DNA of 59,483 nucleotides from an uncultured Bacteroidales bacterium (lineage in GTDB: Bacteria > Bacteroidota > Bacteroidia > Bacteroidales > UBA7960), in the NCBI GenBank assembly GCA_964589855.1, contig CAZPVB010000003.1, positions 1 through 59,483 of the forward strand, given 5' to 3'. Every line of letters starts with the position of its first letter. Position 1 is the first letter of the stretch. Made by a program: the position numbers and the translations under genes. Positions 30,514-39,822 of the stretch are shown in pieces. Under the pieces are notes generated by a model, which saw only the letters and a program-made list of their open reading frames with translations, made no database searches and was not told the DNA's origin.

Positions 30514-32190
30514 TTACTTTTTTGCTTTAGGTGAAATTAAAGAGTTATAAGTTGTTTTATCATTGAAAATTTCAAGGGTTTTTCTTACATCCGGATCATT
30601 TTTGAGAGAAGAGACAATACGCCCTTTTTGTTTGTAGTATCTTCCAACAATCTCATTTTTAAGGATCTCTTCGATTTCTTTGCGATGAACGGAAAGGTCA
30701 TCTTTTTTGGAATCATGGATACTTTGCTGCAAAAGATTTATTTCATCCTCGATAGAGGCATAATATTTTTCTTCTGAAGAAGATTCTATAAGTTTTTCAA
30801 GGTAGACCTCACTTTCTGTTTTGTAGCTAAGGTCTTTACCATCTAAAAATGCAATAAATTTATTGTAAATATCGTCTGTTATTTCAAATTCTTCGGGGGG
30901 ATCAATGGAAGGATTTTCGCGGTAAAACGTGTTGGCAAATTCAAAAAAGTGAAATTTGGTGAGCAGTGCAATGGATATTTGATGTATTTCATCCTGTTCA
31001 ATTTTCACATCAGGGGTAATACCAGCTCCATCGTATACCACTCTGCCGTTGCGGGTTTCAAAAGGAATTTTAAGAGAGTCGGGCATCTCGGCCACACTTC
31101 CGTCTTCGTTGCGGTGCGCATAATCAATAGCTTGTATACATCTTCCGCTCGGAATGTAGTATTTTGCAATGGTCACCTTCAATTGTGTATTGTAGCTCAG
31201 GGGGACAACATTTTGCACCAATCCTTTGCCAAAAGTCCGTTGGCCAACAACAATGCCACGGTCAAGATCCTGAATGGCACCAGCAACAATTTCACTGGCA
31301 GAGGCACTGCTGTTATCCACCAGTATAGCCAGTGGTATATCCTCATCAATAACACTATTCAGGGTTTTGTGTACCGTGTTTCGCTCTTCAATTTTTCCTT
31401 TTGTTTTTACGATTACCTGGTCTTTTTCTACAAAAATATTACTAATATTGACCGCTTCATTCAGCAATCCGCCACCATTTCCTCTGAGGTCAATAATAAT
31501 ATTTTTTATGTCATGTTCTTTTTTTAGTTCCAGAAATGCTTCTTTTACTTCTTTACCTGCATTTTGGGTAAAGCCGGTAAGTTTAATATATCCGGTTGAA
31601 GGGTCTGCAAGTCCATAATAAGGTATATTATCAATGGTCACCACTTTGCGGGTAATAATCTTGGTTAAGTTTTTTTCTTCTCCAGCCCTTTTTATTTCTA
31701 TAGATATTTCCGTTCCCGGTTGCCCTTTTAGCATAGAGCTTACTTCTTCCTGTGTTCTGTTTACAGCAGATTTGCCATCAATACTTAAAATTTTATCACC
31801 CGGTAACAAACCAGCATCATCAGCCGGGAACCCTTCATAAGTCTCTGAGACAAAAATAAAGTCACCTCTTCTCATGATCAAAGCACCAATGCCCCCATAT
31901 TGGCCAGTAGTCATAAACCTGAAATCTTCAATCTCAGATTCAGGAATGTAGTTGGTATAGGGGTCGAGAGAATGAAGCATGGCATCAATGCCGGTTTCCA
32001 TTAGTTCTGCGGTATTGAAATCGTCTACGTAATTAACAACCAACTCTCTGAACAAGGTGGCGAAGATGTCGAGGTTTTTGGCAATCTCAAAATTTTTATT
32101 TACAAATCCGGTGGTTAGGGTGGTTGTAACGATTGCCAGAACTACCATCAGGGTTGCAAGTGATCTTTTGATTATTCTTTTGTGTTTCAT
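30514..32190 (-). CDS. ctpA: S41 family carboxy-terminal processing protease
   Basis: LDPYT, PDZ domain, DLRGNGGGLL, SASASEIVAGAIQD and TFGKGLVQ. Confidence 0.93.
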   Translation of the reverse strand: MKHKRIIKRSLATLMVVLAIVTTTLTTGFVNKNFEIAKNLDIFATLFRELVVNYVDDFNTAELMETGIDAMLHSLDPYTNYIPESEIEDFRFMTTGQYGGIGALIMRRGDFIFVSETYEGFPADDAGLLPGDKILSIDGKSAVNRTQEEVSSMLKGQPGTEISIEIKRAGEEKNLTKIITRKVVTIDNIPYYGLADPSTGYIKLTGFTQNAGKEVKEAFLELKKEHDIKNIIIDLRGNGGGLLNEAVNISNIFVEKDQVIVKTKGKIEERNTVHKTLNSVIDEDIPLAILVDNSSASASEIVAGAIQDLDRGIVVGQRTFGKGLVQNVVPLSYNTQLKVTIAKYYIPSGRCIQAIDYAHRNEDGSVAEMPDSLKIPFETRNGRVVYDGAGITPDVKIEQDEIHQISIALLTKFHFFEFANTFYRENPSIDPPEEFEITDDIYNKFIAFLDGKDLSYKTESEVYLEKLIESSSEEKYYASIEDEINLLQQSIHDSKKDDLSVHRKEIEEILKNEIVGRYYKQKGRIVSSLKNDPDVRKTLEIFNDKTTYNSLISPKAKK

Positions 32191-32260
32191 ATTTTCTATA
32201 TTTTCAGATAGGCAAATTTAATTTTCAATGTTGGGGTTGTTCTTATAATTTTTTTGGTGT

Positions 32261-32515
32261 TCATTTTTCATCAGGAACAGGATCGTATCCACTACCACCC
32301 CACGGATGGCAGGAAGAAAATCTTTTGATGGTCAGCCACAAGCCAGCGAAAGGCCCATGTTTTTGCAATGCTTCAACACCATATTGAGAACATGTAGGTG
32401 TGTATCTGCAAGAGGCCGGAAGGTATGGCGAGATGGCACCCTGGTAAATTCTGATCAAAAGGATAAAGAAAGACTGTATGATGGTTTTTAAAAACTTATA
32501 TAAACTGCTCAGCAT
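32261..32515 (-). CDS. yidD: Membrane protein insertion efficiency factor YidD
   Basis: [10 protein letters not shown]...[13 protein letters not shown]. Confidence 0.95.
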   Translation of the reverse strand: MLSSLYKFLKTIIQSFFILLIRIYQGAISPYLPASCRYTPTCSQYGVEALQKHGPFAGLWLTIKRFSSCHPWGGSGYDPVPDEK

Positions 32516-32634
32516 AATGATTTTTTCTATTGAATGGGTATTGAATGCTATTTTAAACTAATCTGCCATTCTTTTTCGGTTATATGTTTTTTTATTTGGA
32601 ATGATCATCTCTGTATTTGTGTGCTTTTAACCCC

Positions 32635-33183
32635 TTAATTTGGTTTGTTAGCGATCTGTTTTCTTATTTTTCGTAAAGATACAATGATTTTCGGTTCCAG
32701 TTCGTGGTATGAAACTATCTGTTTACCAGTATATATGAAAGCAGCAATGAGAAAAACATTTTGTTGATTTAAAAACGGGTAAAAGTCATCTTTGTTTTGT
32801 CTGTAAGCTTCTTTCATTAATCTTTTTATTCTGTTTCTTTTACAAGCAGAGGAGTGTATTTTGGAAGCAGCTCCAAACAGGATCTTAGCCGGAAAATGAA
32901 ACCATGCATTGGATGGAATTTTTTGGAAAGGGAAAGAGGGATTTTGGATTTTTAAATATTGCGGTGCATCAGATGGCGCAGAATCAGAAGAGAAATGTTG
33001 AATACTATTTTTGAAAAAGAAGTTTTCAACACACGGATCTATTGTAATCCAGAAAACTTTTAATGGGTATGTAAATAAAACGTTTCCATGCTTAAAAAGA
33101 TGTTTTTTGAAAGAGAAATTACAGAGTCTTTCATATTTTGAAAGCTGATGATTCTTTACCGGGTTATTCTTAAAAGCATGCAT
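32635..33183 (-). CDS. rnpA: Ribonuclease P protein component with an internal insertion
   Basis: LSKYERL, YPLKVFW, RNR motif ACKRNRIKRLMKEAYR and AFIYTGK; adjacent to yidD. Confidence 0.82.
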   Translation of the reverse strand: MHAFKNNPVKNHQLSKYERLCNFSFKKHLFKHGNVLFTYPLKVFWITIDPCVENFFFKNSIQHFSSDSAPSDAPQYLKIQNPSFPFQKIPSNAWFHFPAKILFGAASKIHSSACKRNRIKRLMKEAYRQNKDDFYPFLNQQNVFLIAAFIYTGKQIVSYHELEPKIIVSLRKIRKQIANKPN

Positions 33184-33195
33184 AAAACGCCATGG

Positions 33196-33942
33196 TTATT
33201 TTTTCTGGTTTTCTGTCAGAAATTGTTCGATTGCCATGGTCATGGAGGGGACACCCGGAGTAGGTGCTTTTATTTGTACAGTAAAACCTTCTTTTTCTAT
33301 TGCTTTGGCTGTAGCCGAGCCAAAGGCTGCAAAAACTGTATCACCTTGTTTGTAATCGGGGTAATTACTCATGATTGATTCCATGCCAAACGGGCTGAAC
33401 AGCACAAGCAGATCAAATTTATCTATATCAACATCGTCAATTATGTCTGGTACTGTGTTGTAAATAGGAGCAACAACAAAGTTTATTTTGTTCGATCTGA
33501 GTAGTCCGGGTATTTCCGGGGTATGATTTGATGAACAGGGGAAGAAATATTTTTCGGATTTTTGCTTTTTGATGAGTTCCAGGAGTTCAGGAAATTTTTT
33601 TTCACCGAAAAATATCTTACGCTTTCGGTATTGCACATATTTTTGAAGATAAAGTGCAATGGCTTCTGTTACGCAGAAATATTTCATGGTTTCCGGTACG
33701 GTTATTCTCAAATCTTCGCAAAGGGCAAAAAAATGATCTACTGCATGCCTGCTTGTAAAAATAATAGCCGTGTAATCCAGGATATTAATGCGTAATTTCC
33801 GGAATTCTTTGTTATCAACGCTTTCAATCTTGATTAATTTCCGAAAAGTAAGATTGAGATTAAACTTTTTTGCCAGTTCGTAAAAGGGCGACTTATCGCT
33901 CTCTGGTTTAGGTTGTGAAATTAAAACATTCTTAATTTTCAA
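33196..33942 (-). CDS. hemD: Uroporphyrinogen-III synthase family (HemD-like) protein
   Basis: KIKNVLISQPKP, IIFTSRHAVDHFF and ALYLQKYVQYRKRKIF match the Bacteroidota HemD-like family. TTG 33942 preferred over 34002. Confidence 0.8.
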   Translation of the reverse strand: MKIKNVLISQPKPESDKSPFYELAKKFNLNLTFRKLIKIESVDNKEFRKLRINILDYTAIIFTSRHAVDHFFALCEDLRITVPETMKYFCVTEAIALYLQKYVQYRKRKIFFGEKKFPELLELIKKQKSEKYFFPCSSNHTPEIPGLLRSNKINFVVAPIYNTVPDIIDDVDIDKFDLLVLFSPFGMESIMSNYPDYKQGDTVFAAFGSATAKAIEKEGFTVQIKAPTPGVPSMTMAIEQFLTENQKK

Positions 33943-34230
33943 ATTTCGTCTCCTTATACTTTTATGTTCATTAATTAATTGCTCATTATTAAGTTCTTGC
34001 AAGAATGGGGAAATGATACCTTGTTCTTGTTTTTGAATCGGTCATTTACCAGTGAAAAGCTCCCGGGTCCATTATTATGTTGTTAGTTGACCAAACCTAT
34101 TCAATGAAGTTTATCATTGAAGATGCGGAATATTTGTTTTCTTAAAGGCATTATTCAACATCAGCGCAAATAATGAATTTTGTTTTGATTACTAAATTGA
34201 TTGAGATTGAATTATATAGAATATTGATTG

Positions 34231-35082
34231 TCAGATTTGAAAATAGATCTTCGCAAATTTTGCTGCAAAAAGCAAGGGTATAATTTCAAAGGCGCAAAGA
34301 TACAAAATTAAATAATAGAGAGAAAATCTGGAATGGTTCAATCCCATGGTTGCCCCTCTTAAAACTTTATAAACACTAATAAGCAGGAAAATACCCCACG
34401 CGATCCATAAAACAGCATCAACAGGATTCACTACGTAAACCACTATGATGGGCAAGACCAGGATACCGGTAAATTGATTGGTGATGATTGTATTACGAAA
34501 ATAGATGCGTGTCTCTTCTGAAGTATTGAAGACATAGGCTACCATTTTCATGAACCAGTATTTGATGATGATAAACAGCGCCAATGCCACCCAGAAAGAT
34601 GAAAATATAACAAGGACATGCTGCGAAGGATTTACATTTGTTAAACCTGTGTCGAACAGAGTTTTGTACATAAAAACTGCCATTACGTTCAGGTAATTTA
34701 AATAGAGGAAAAAATATATCCATTGATCCATCAGACCTGTTTCTTTTTCAAGCATTGAAAAATTCCTGCCATTAAAAACCGATTGCATTGTGGCATTGAA
34801 ACGCAAAGGGAAAAGAAACCTGGCTAAACCCATAAACAAAACACCAGTCATCAACCAAATAAAAACAATCTGTGTTTGTCTGTTCTCAGTGCGTTCGTGA
34901 AATTCAATTTTTTGGGGTGAAGGGAGAAGCTTTTCTCCGATGGCCCTGTCGAGACTGTAAAAACCTGAAGGTTCTGAAGGTTGGGGTGAAGAATTGTTTG
35001 AAGAATGGCATGAAACGATTATAAAAAAGGACAAGAAATAAAGTGTAATAAAATAGAATTTCTTGTTTAAAAGTAAGTTCAT
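34231..35082 (-). CDS. DUF4271 domain membrane protein
   Basis: Multi-pass membrane protein ending YLILYLCAFEIIP, upstream of hemD as is usual in Bacteroidota. Confidence 0.8.
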   Translation of the reverse strand: MNLLLNKKFYFITLYFLSFFIIVSCHSSNNSSPQPSEPSGFYSLDRAIGEKLLPSPQKIEFHERTENRQTQIVFIWLMTGVLFMGLARFLFPLRFNATMQSVFNGRNFSMLEKETGLMDQWIYFFLYLNYLNVMAVFMYKTLFDTGLTNVNPSQHVLVIFSSFWVALALFIIIKYWFMKMVAYVFNTSEETRIYFRNTIITNQFTGILVLPIIVVYVVNPVDAVLWIAWGIFLLISVYKVLRGATMGLNHSRFSLYYLILYLCAFEIIPLLFAAKFAKIYFQI

Positions 35083-35479
35083 CTGCTTATTTTATTTGTT
35101 TATTCTTTTGCCTGCTTTGGAAAAAAGTATCTATGGGTAAAAGATTCCATAATGATCTATCGCAATCTGACATGAACCGAGCCTTGACAATACTATTGAC
35201 ACACACACGCGGATGATTATAATTTGCAAAACAGATAAAAATACAAAACCGTCTTGTTGGCGAGTTCCATCTGACCGAATTAATCAAATTATAAGCAGAT
35301 GAACCGGCATGAATTATATTGCTTGCATTTTTTTGCAAAAATAAGACTAAAACCTTTGGCATACAAAACATTTCGCACTCAATGGATAAAAATTGTTTCA
35401 GCAGAACATCAGTGTTAACCAATTAACAATTTAATAACGTTCTAAATCGTGCGCTGTTTAAAAAATCAGTACAATACTG

Positions 35480-35510
35480 TTTGGGCTTAAACAAATAAAT
35501 TCTAATTTTG
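35480..35510 (+). promoter_or_regulatory. Bacteroidota primary-sigma promoter of pta
   Basis: TTTG-N19-TAATTTTG, canonical -33/-7 spacing. Confidence 0.7.
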
Positions 35511-35555
35511 CGAAATATTGAATTTCAATCATTTTTCACCCCAAACATTCGCAAA

Positions 35556-36557
35556 ATGGATTTAATCAAGAAAATAAAATCACAGGCCAAAAAGAATCAA
35601 AAACGAATTGTACTGCCTGAAGGTACCGAGGAAAGAACTTTAAAAGCGGCAAATATCATCCTTAAAGAAGAGATAGCAAAAATTATTTTGCTCGGAAACA
35701 CACGACAAATAATGGAAGCTGCTGAAAAAGAAGGGTTAGAGAACATTGATAAATCCATGATTATCGATCCGGTAAATCATGACAAGAAACAATTTTTTGC
35801 TGACATGCTTTATGATTTGCGCCAACATAAGGGTTTGAGCAGGGAAGAAAGCATGAAACTTGTGGAGGATCCGTTGTATCTGGCAACCTTGTTAATTAAA
35901 AATGGTGATGCGGATGGTGAAGTTGCGGGTGCTGCCAATGCAACAGGAAATGTATTGCGTCCGGCTTTTCAGGTGGTGAAAACCCTGAAGGGAATCAGTG
36001 TGGTTTCCGGTGCTTTTATCATGATTTTACCCGATAAGAAATGGGGTGAGGATGGTATGTTTGTTTTTGCCGATTGTGCTGTTCACCCTGATCCAACAGC
36101 CGAAGAATTGGCTCAGATCGCTGTTATGACTGCCCGCACTACACGTTCAATTCTCAATATTGAACCTCGTGTAGCCATGTTGAGTTTCTCTACCAAAGGA
36201 AGTGCAAAACATCCCATGTGCGACAAAGTGATCGAAGCAACCCAAATAGCCAAGGAAATGGAACCTGATATTCAAATAGATGGTGAACTGCAGGCAGATG
36301 CTGCGATCATCGAATCTATTGGAAAAAGCAAAGCACCGGATAGCAAAATTGCAGGCAAAGCCAATGTTTTGGTGTTCCCTACGCTGGAGGTAGGAAATAT
36401 TGCCTATAAATTGGTACAGCGCCTGGCAAATGCCGAAGCCATTGGTCCTGTCCTTCAGGGTATGGCTGCGCCTATCAATGACCTTTCGAGGGGTTGTTCT
36501 GTAAATGATATTGTAAATTTGGTAGCGATCACCGTAAACCAGGCAGCGGGAAAATAA
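35556..36557 (+). CDS. pta: Phosphate acetyltransferase
   Basis: RIVLPEG, FADCAV, AMLSFSTKGSA, DGELQADAA and NDLSRGCS. ATG 35556 preferred because the ORF-track start lies inside the -7 box. Confidence 0.97.
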   Translation: MDLIKKIKSQAKKNQKRIVLPEGTEERTLKAANIILKEEIAKIILLGNTRQIMEAAEKEGLENIDKSMIIDPVNHDKKQFFADMLYDLRQHKGLSREESMKLVEDPLYLATLLIKNGDADGEVAGAANATGNVLRPAFQVVKTLKGISVVSGAFIMILPDKKWGEDGMFVFADCAVHPDPTAEELAQIAVMTARTTRSILNIEPRVAMLSFSTKGSAKHPMCDKVIEATQIAKEMEPDIQIDGELQADAAIIESIGKSKAPDSKIAGKANVLVFPTLEVGNIAYKLVQRLANAEAIGPVLQGMAAPINDLSRGCSVNDIVNLVAITVNQAAGK

Positions 36558-36756
36558 TAATCAATTAAAATGTGATTTTATCTTCATTGCTGATCGAAAA
36601 GAGCAATTCCGAGGTGTTTTTACAAGGCATAAAATGCAACAGCATAAAGTGACAGGAGATGATTTTTTTTCTAAAAATAAAAGAGGGGTTGCCATAAAGG
36701 CAACAATTAAAAATACTAACAATTTGTAAAATAATTTCTTAACAAAAAAGTACAAA

Positions 36757-37983
36757 ATGAAAATATTGGTTTTAAACTGTGGAAGCTCATCCATTAAATA
36801 CCAGTTGATAAACATGGCCAACAATGCTGAATTATTGGCGAAAGGACTCATAGAAAGGGTTGGATTAAAAGATAGTGAACTCAAACACCAGTCGAAAGGA
36901 AAAGATACTTATTTTTTGATTCAGGATATACCCGATCATGAGGTGGGTATTGACCTTTTGTTAAAGGTGCTTTTAGATCAGGATTATGGTGTTTTGAAAA
37001 GTGTAAATGACATACTGGCTGTTGGTCACAGGGTTGCACACGGAGGAGAGAATTTTAGTGCCAGTGCACTGATAACAGACGAGGTTAAAAAAAACATACA
37101 AGATGTTATAGAATTAGCACCATTGCATAATCCCGCTAATCTCAATGGCATCAACTCCATGGAAAAACTGATGCCACAGGTGCCTCAGGTGGCGGTTTTT
37201 GACACTGCTTTTCATCAAACCATTCCACCCCATGCCTATATGTATGCGCTCCCCTATGAGCTTTATGAAAATGATAAGATAAGGCGCTATGGTTTTCATG
37301 GAACCAGTCATAAATTTGTATTTCAAACAGCGTGCGATGCTTTATTTATGCGACAGGACAATATCAGAGCCATCACCTGTCATTTGGGAAATGGTGCATC
37401 TATTTGCGCCATCAAAAATGGCAAATCTATTGATACCTCAATGGGGCTTACTCCGGTAGAAGGTTTGATCATGGGCACCAGAACTGGTGATCTTGATTTA
37501 GGGGCACTTTTGTATATTATGAAGAAAAAAGAACTTGGTATAGAAGACGCCAACAACCTGATCAATAAAAAGAGTGGTATGCTTGGTGTTTCGGGTATAT
37601 CATCCGATATGCGCGATATAGAGAACGCTGCCTGGAAAGAGGGTGACAAAAGAGCGGACCTGGCTTTGGAGATGTATATTTACCGGATAAAAAAATACAT
37701 TGGTGCCTATACAGCAGCCATGGGTGGTGTTGATCTGATTGTATTTACCGGCGGTGTGGGAGAGAACGGACCGGAAACACGGGAAGCCATTTGCAAAGGT
37801 CTTGATTATCTCGGACTGGCATTTGATGCAGAAAAGAATACCGGATTGAGAGGAAAACTGGATATGATCTCCAAACACGATTCAAAGGTAAAGGTAATGG
37901 TTGTGCCCACAAATGAAGAATTGGTGATTGCACATGATACACTCCGCATTGTTTCACACAAAGAGGATAAAGAACCCATATAA
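36757..37983 (+). CDS. ackA: Acetate kinase
   Basis: VLNCGSSSIKYQ, GHRVAHGG, RRYGFHGTSH, HLGNGAS and FTGGVGEN. Confidence 0.98.
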   Translation: MKILVLNCGSSSIKYQLINMANNAELLAKGLIERVGLKDSELKHQSKGKDTYFLIQDIPDHEVGIDLLLKVLLDQDYGVLKSVNDILAVGHRVAHGGENFSASALITDEVKKNIQDVIELAPLHNPANLNGINSMEKLMPQVPQVAVFDTAFHQTIPPHAYMYALPYELYENDKIRRYGFHGTSHKFVFQTACDALFMRQDNIRAITCHLGNGASICAIKNGKSIDTSMGLTPVEGLIMGTRTGDLDLGALLYIMKKKELGIEDANNLINKKSGMLGVSGISSDMRDIENAAWKEGDKRADLALEMYIYRIKKYIGAYTAAMGGVDLIVFTGGVGENGPETREAICKGLDYLGLAFDAEKNTGLRGKLDMISKHDSKVKVMVVPTNEELVIAHDTLRIVSHKEDKEPI

Positions 37984-38005
37984 TTTCTTTTCTTTCAATA
38001 ACAAC

Positions 38006-38044
38006 AAAAAAGTCAGGATAATATTTGTTTATCCTGACTTTTTT
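38006..38044. terminator. Bidirectional intrinsic terminator
   Basis: AAAAAAGTCAGGATAA-loop-TTATCCTGACTTTTTT. Confidence 0.88.
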
Positions 38045-38072
38045 ATTGGTCAATCATAATAATAGCAGCGGT

Positions 38073-39536
38073 TTAAAAATCTACTAATCTGATACCCAGT
38101 GTAAAAGGATATAGTTCAGGCCCTTTATCTTCTTTGAACAGGGTATTAAGTGCGTAGGTTGCAAAAAGGTTTATTTTTCCCCATCCTATGCGTGCTGTAG
38201 CATCAAAGCGAAAAGGTTGTACATTAAAATCTTCGAAATCTTTCTCTTTGCGTTTCTCTCCGTCATCATTATACACATATTTAGCATGCGTACGAAGGCG
38301 TGTACCCAGGATCATTCCACCTGCAATATGAAATTTCTCAATATCTTTATTTCCACCCGTTTGGAATTCGAGCATTAGCGGTATATTCAGATAAGTGAGG
38401 GTAAGTTTGTTTTTCTGCATGTTGTTGATGGTATCTTCATAAAAATCAAGGCCGTCTTTGTCATAAACAATTACAGTCTGGTTATCGAAGCGGTAGTTGT
38501 TCCATCCAATTCCAAAACCAGTTACCAGGCCCAGTCTGTTTGATACAATAGGAAAGCTTTGTTGAAAAAGATTCAGATTTACCGCCACCGATTTTTCGTA
38601 GCGAAGATCAATATATTCTGCATCACCCTGCATGGTGAGGGTATTGTCTGGATTCAGATATCCATTGATACCAAGTTCGAAACCCGACCAGTTGTCGCGG
38701 AAAGATTTTTTCTTTTTATGCACCTTCAGGTTTGTATTTTCGTTGTCTTCAACAATAATCAGGTCACGTTTTCCAAGTTTTATTTTAGTTGTATCGCCGT
38801 TTTCATCGATGTTATACTCAAATGCGGCATCAGGGTTATCTTTTGTAAGCCCATTGATATTGCCCATTCCGGAGGCGTTGAAGGATTGATTTGCCGGCTG
38901 GTTGTCAAAGGAAATTTTTGAAGTACCAGAAGCGTCGGCGATCAGATTTTCATTGGCTAAAACGCGTGCATATGAAGCCCCGGAGGTTTTTATATTGGTT
39001 GTTTGTGTTTCAAGATCGGCTGCCCTCAGTTGAGCTGCTCCGCTAAGCTCTGAGAGGTGTTCGGCAGCTTTTCCCGATATCTGAAGATTGGAAGCACCTG
39101 AGATTTTAGAGGAGAGATTTTCAGTTTCAATGCTTAACGATGCATTGGTAGCCCCCGAAAGATCAATATTAAATTCGTCGGACGAAACAGTATTCATCGC
39201 TTTAAAAGAAGAAGCACCGCTAAGATCAACTCCCGTAAGGGTGGGAGAGGTAATCTTAATTTTCACTTCGCTGTTTTTGGCAGACCCTTTCATATCGATG
39301 TTTAATACACCTGCAGAAACTTCTGCATGAATCTTTTCAAGTAGCTCTTGTTCTGTGGTTATTTCAAAAGAATAATTGTCTTGTGTGGCATATTCTATTT
39401 TAAAAATACTGCCAGCTTTGATGGAAGAAAATTCATTGATCTCGCGTGTTTGAGATACTTCCTGCGAAAATGCAGGAAAGTTGAATAATAAGAATACTCC
39501 TATCAGGTATGTGATCTTTAATTGAGATGTTTTCAT
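38073..39536 (-). CDS. DUF2807 (GIN) beta-solenoid fused to a PorT-like outer membrane beta-barrel
   Basis: Signal peptide ending FSQ, repeated LSGAS/ISGAS units, then a barrel region with YLNIPLMLEF, ARIGWG and terminal Phe. Confidence 0.78.
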   Translation of the reverse strand: MKTSQLKITYLIGVFLLFNFPAFSQEVSQTREINEFSSIKAGSIFKIEYATQDNYSFEITTEQELLEKIHAEVSAGVLNIDMKGSAKNSEVKIKITSPTLTGVDLSGASSFKAMNTVSSDEFNIDLSGATNASLSIETENLSSKISGASNLQISGKAAEHLSELSGAAQLRAADLETQTTNIKTSGASYARVLANENLIADASGTSKISFDNQPANQSFNASGMGNINGLTKDNPDAAFEYNIDENGDTTKIKLGKRDLIIVEDNENTNLKVHKKKKSFRDNWSGFELGINGYLNPDNTLTMQGDAEYIDLRYEKSVAVNLNLFQQSFPIVSNRLGLVTGFGIGWNNYRFDNQTVIVYDKDGLDFYEDTINNMQKNKLTLTYLNIPLMLEFQTGGNKDIEKFHIAGGMILGTRLRTHAKYVYNDDGEKRKEKDFEDFNVQPFRFDATARIGWGKINLFATYALNTLFKEDKGPELYPFTLGIRLVDF

Positions 39537-39635
39537 TGTTTTTCTTTTTTAAAATTTGTAACTATGGTTGCAAAGGGATTATTTGGGTCTTTACCGCAAG
39601 TACGATCGATCGGTTTGCCCTTGTTTTGTCTTTGT

Positions 39636-39662
39636 GACGAACAACCAAAACAGAAAGTTACA
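39636..39662 (-). promoter_or_regulatory. ECF sigma promoter TGTAAC-N17-CGTC
   Basis: Minus strand TGTAACTTTCTGTTTTGGTTGTTCGTC, 100 nt upstream of the DUF2807-barrel gene. Confidence 0.75.
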
Positions 39663-39822
39663 GGCAAAAAGAAAAAAGATGGGAAGATTTTGGAAAACGG
39701 TTAGAAAACCCTTGAAGAAAACCTCAATGAGTTCGAAAAAAAGATAAAGAAGAAAAGAAATTTGTCAAGGGCGATCAGTAAAGTTAAGTTTCTGATCTAA
39801 ATCAGGAATATAGTCAGAACTT

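Noticed and set aside
35087..35422. 111-aa ORF upstream of DUF4271
   Set aside because: Non-ATG start, no recognisable motif, and it lies in a divergent promoter region; it cannot be supported as a gene.
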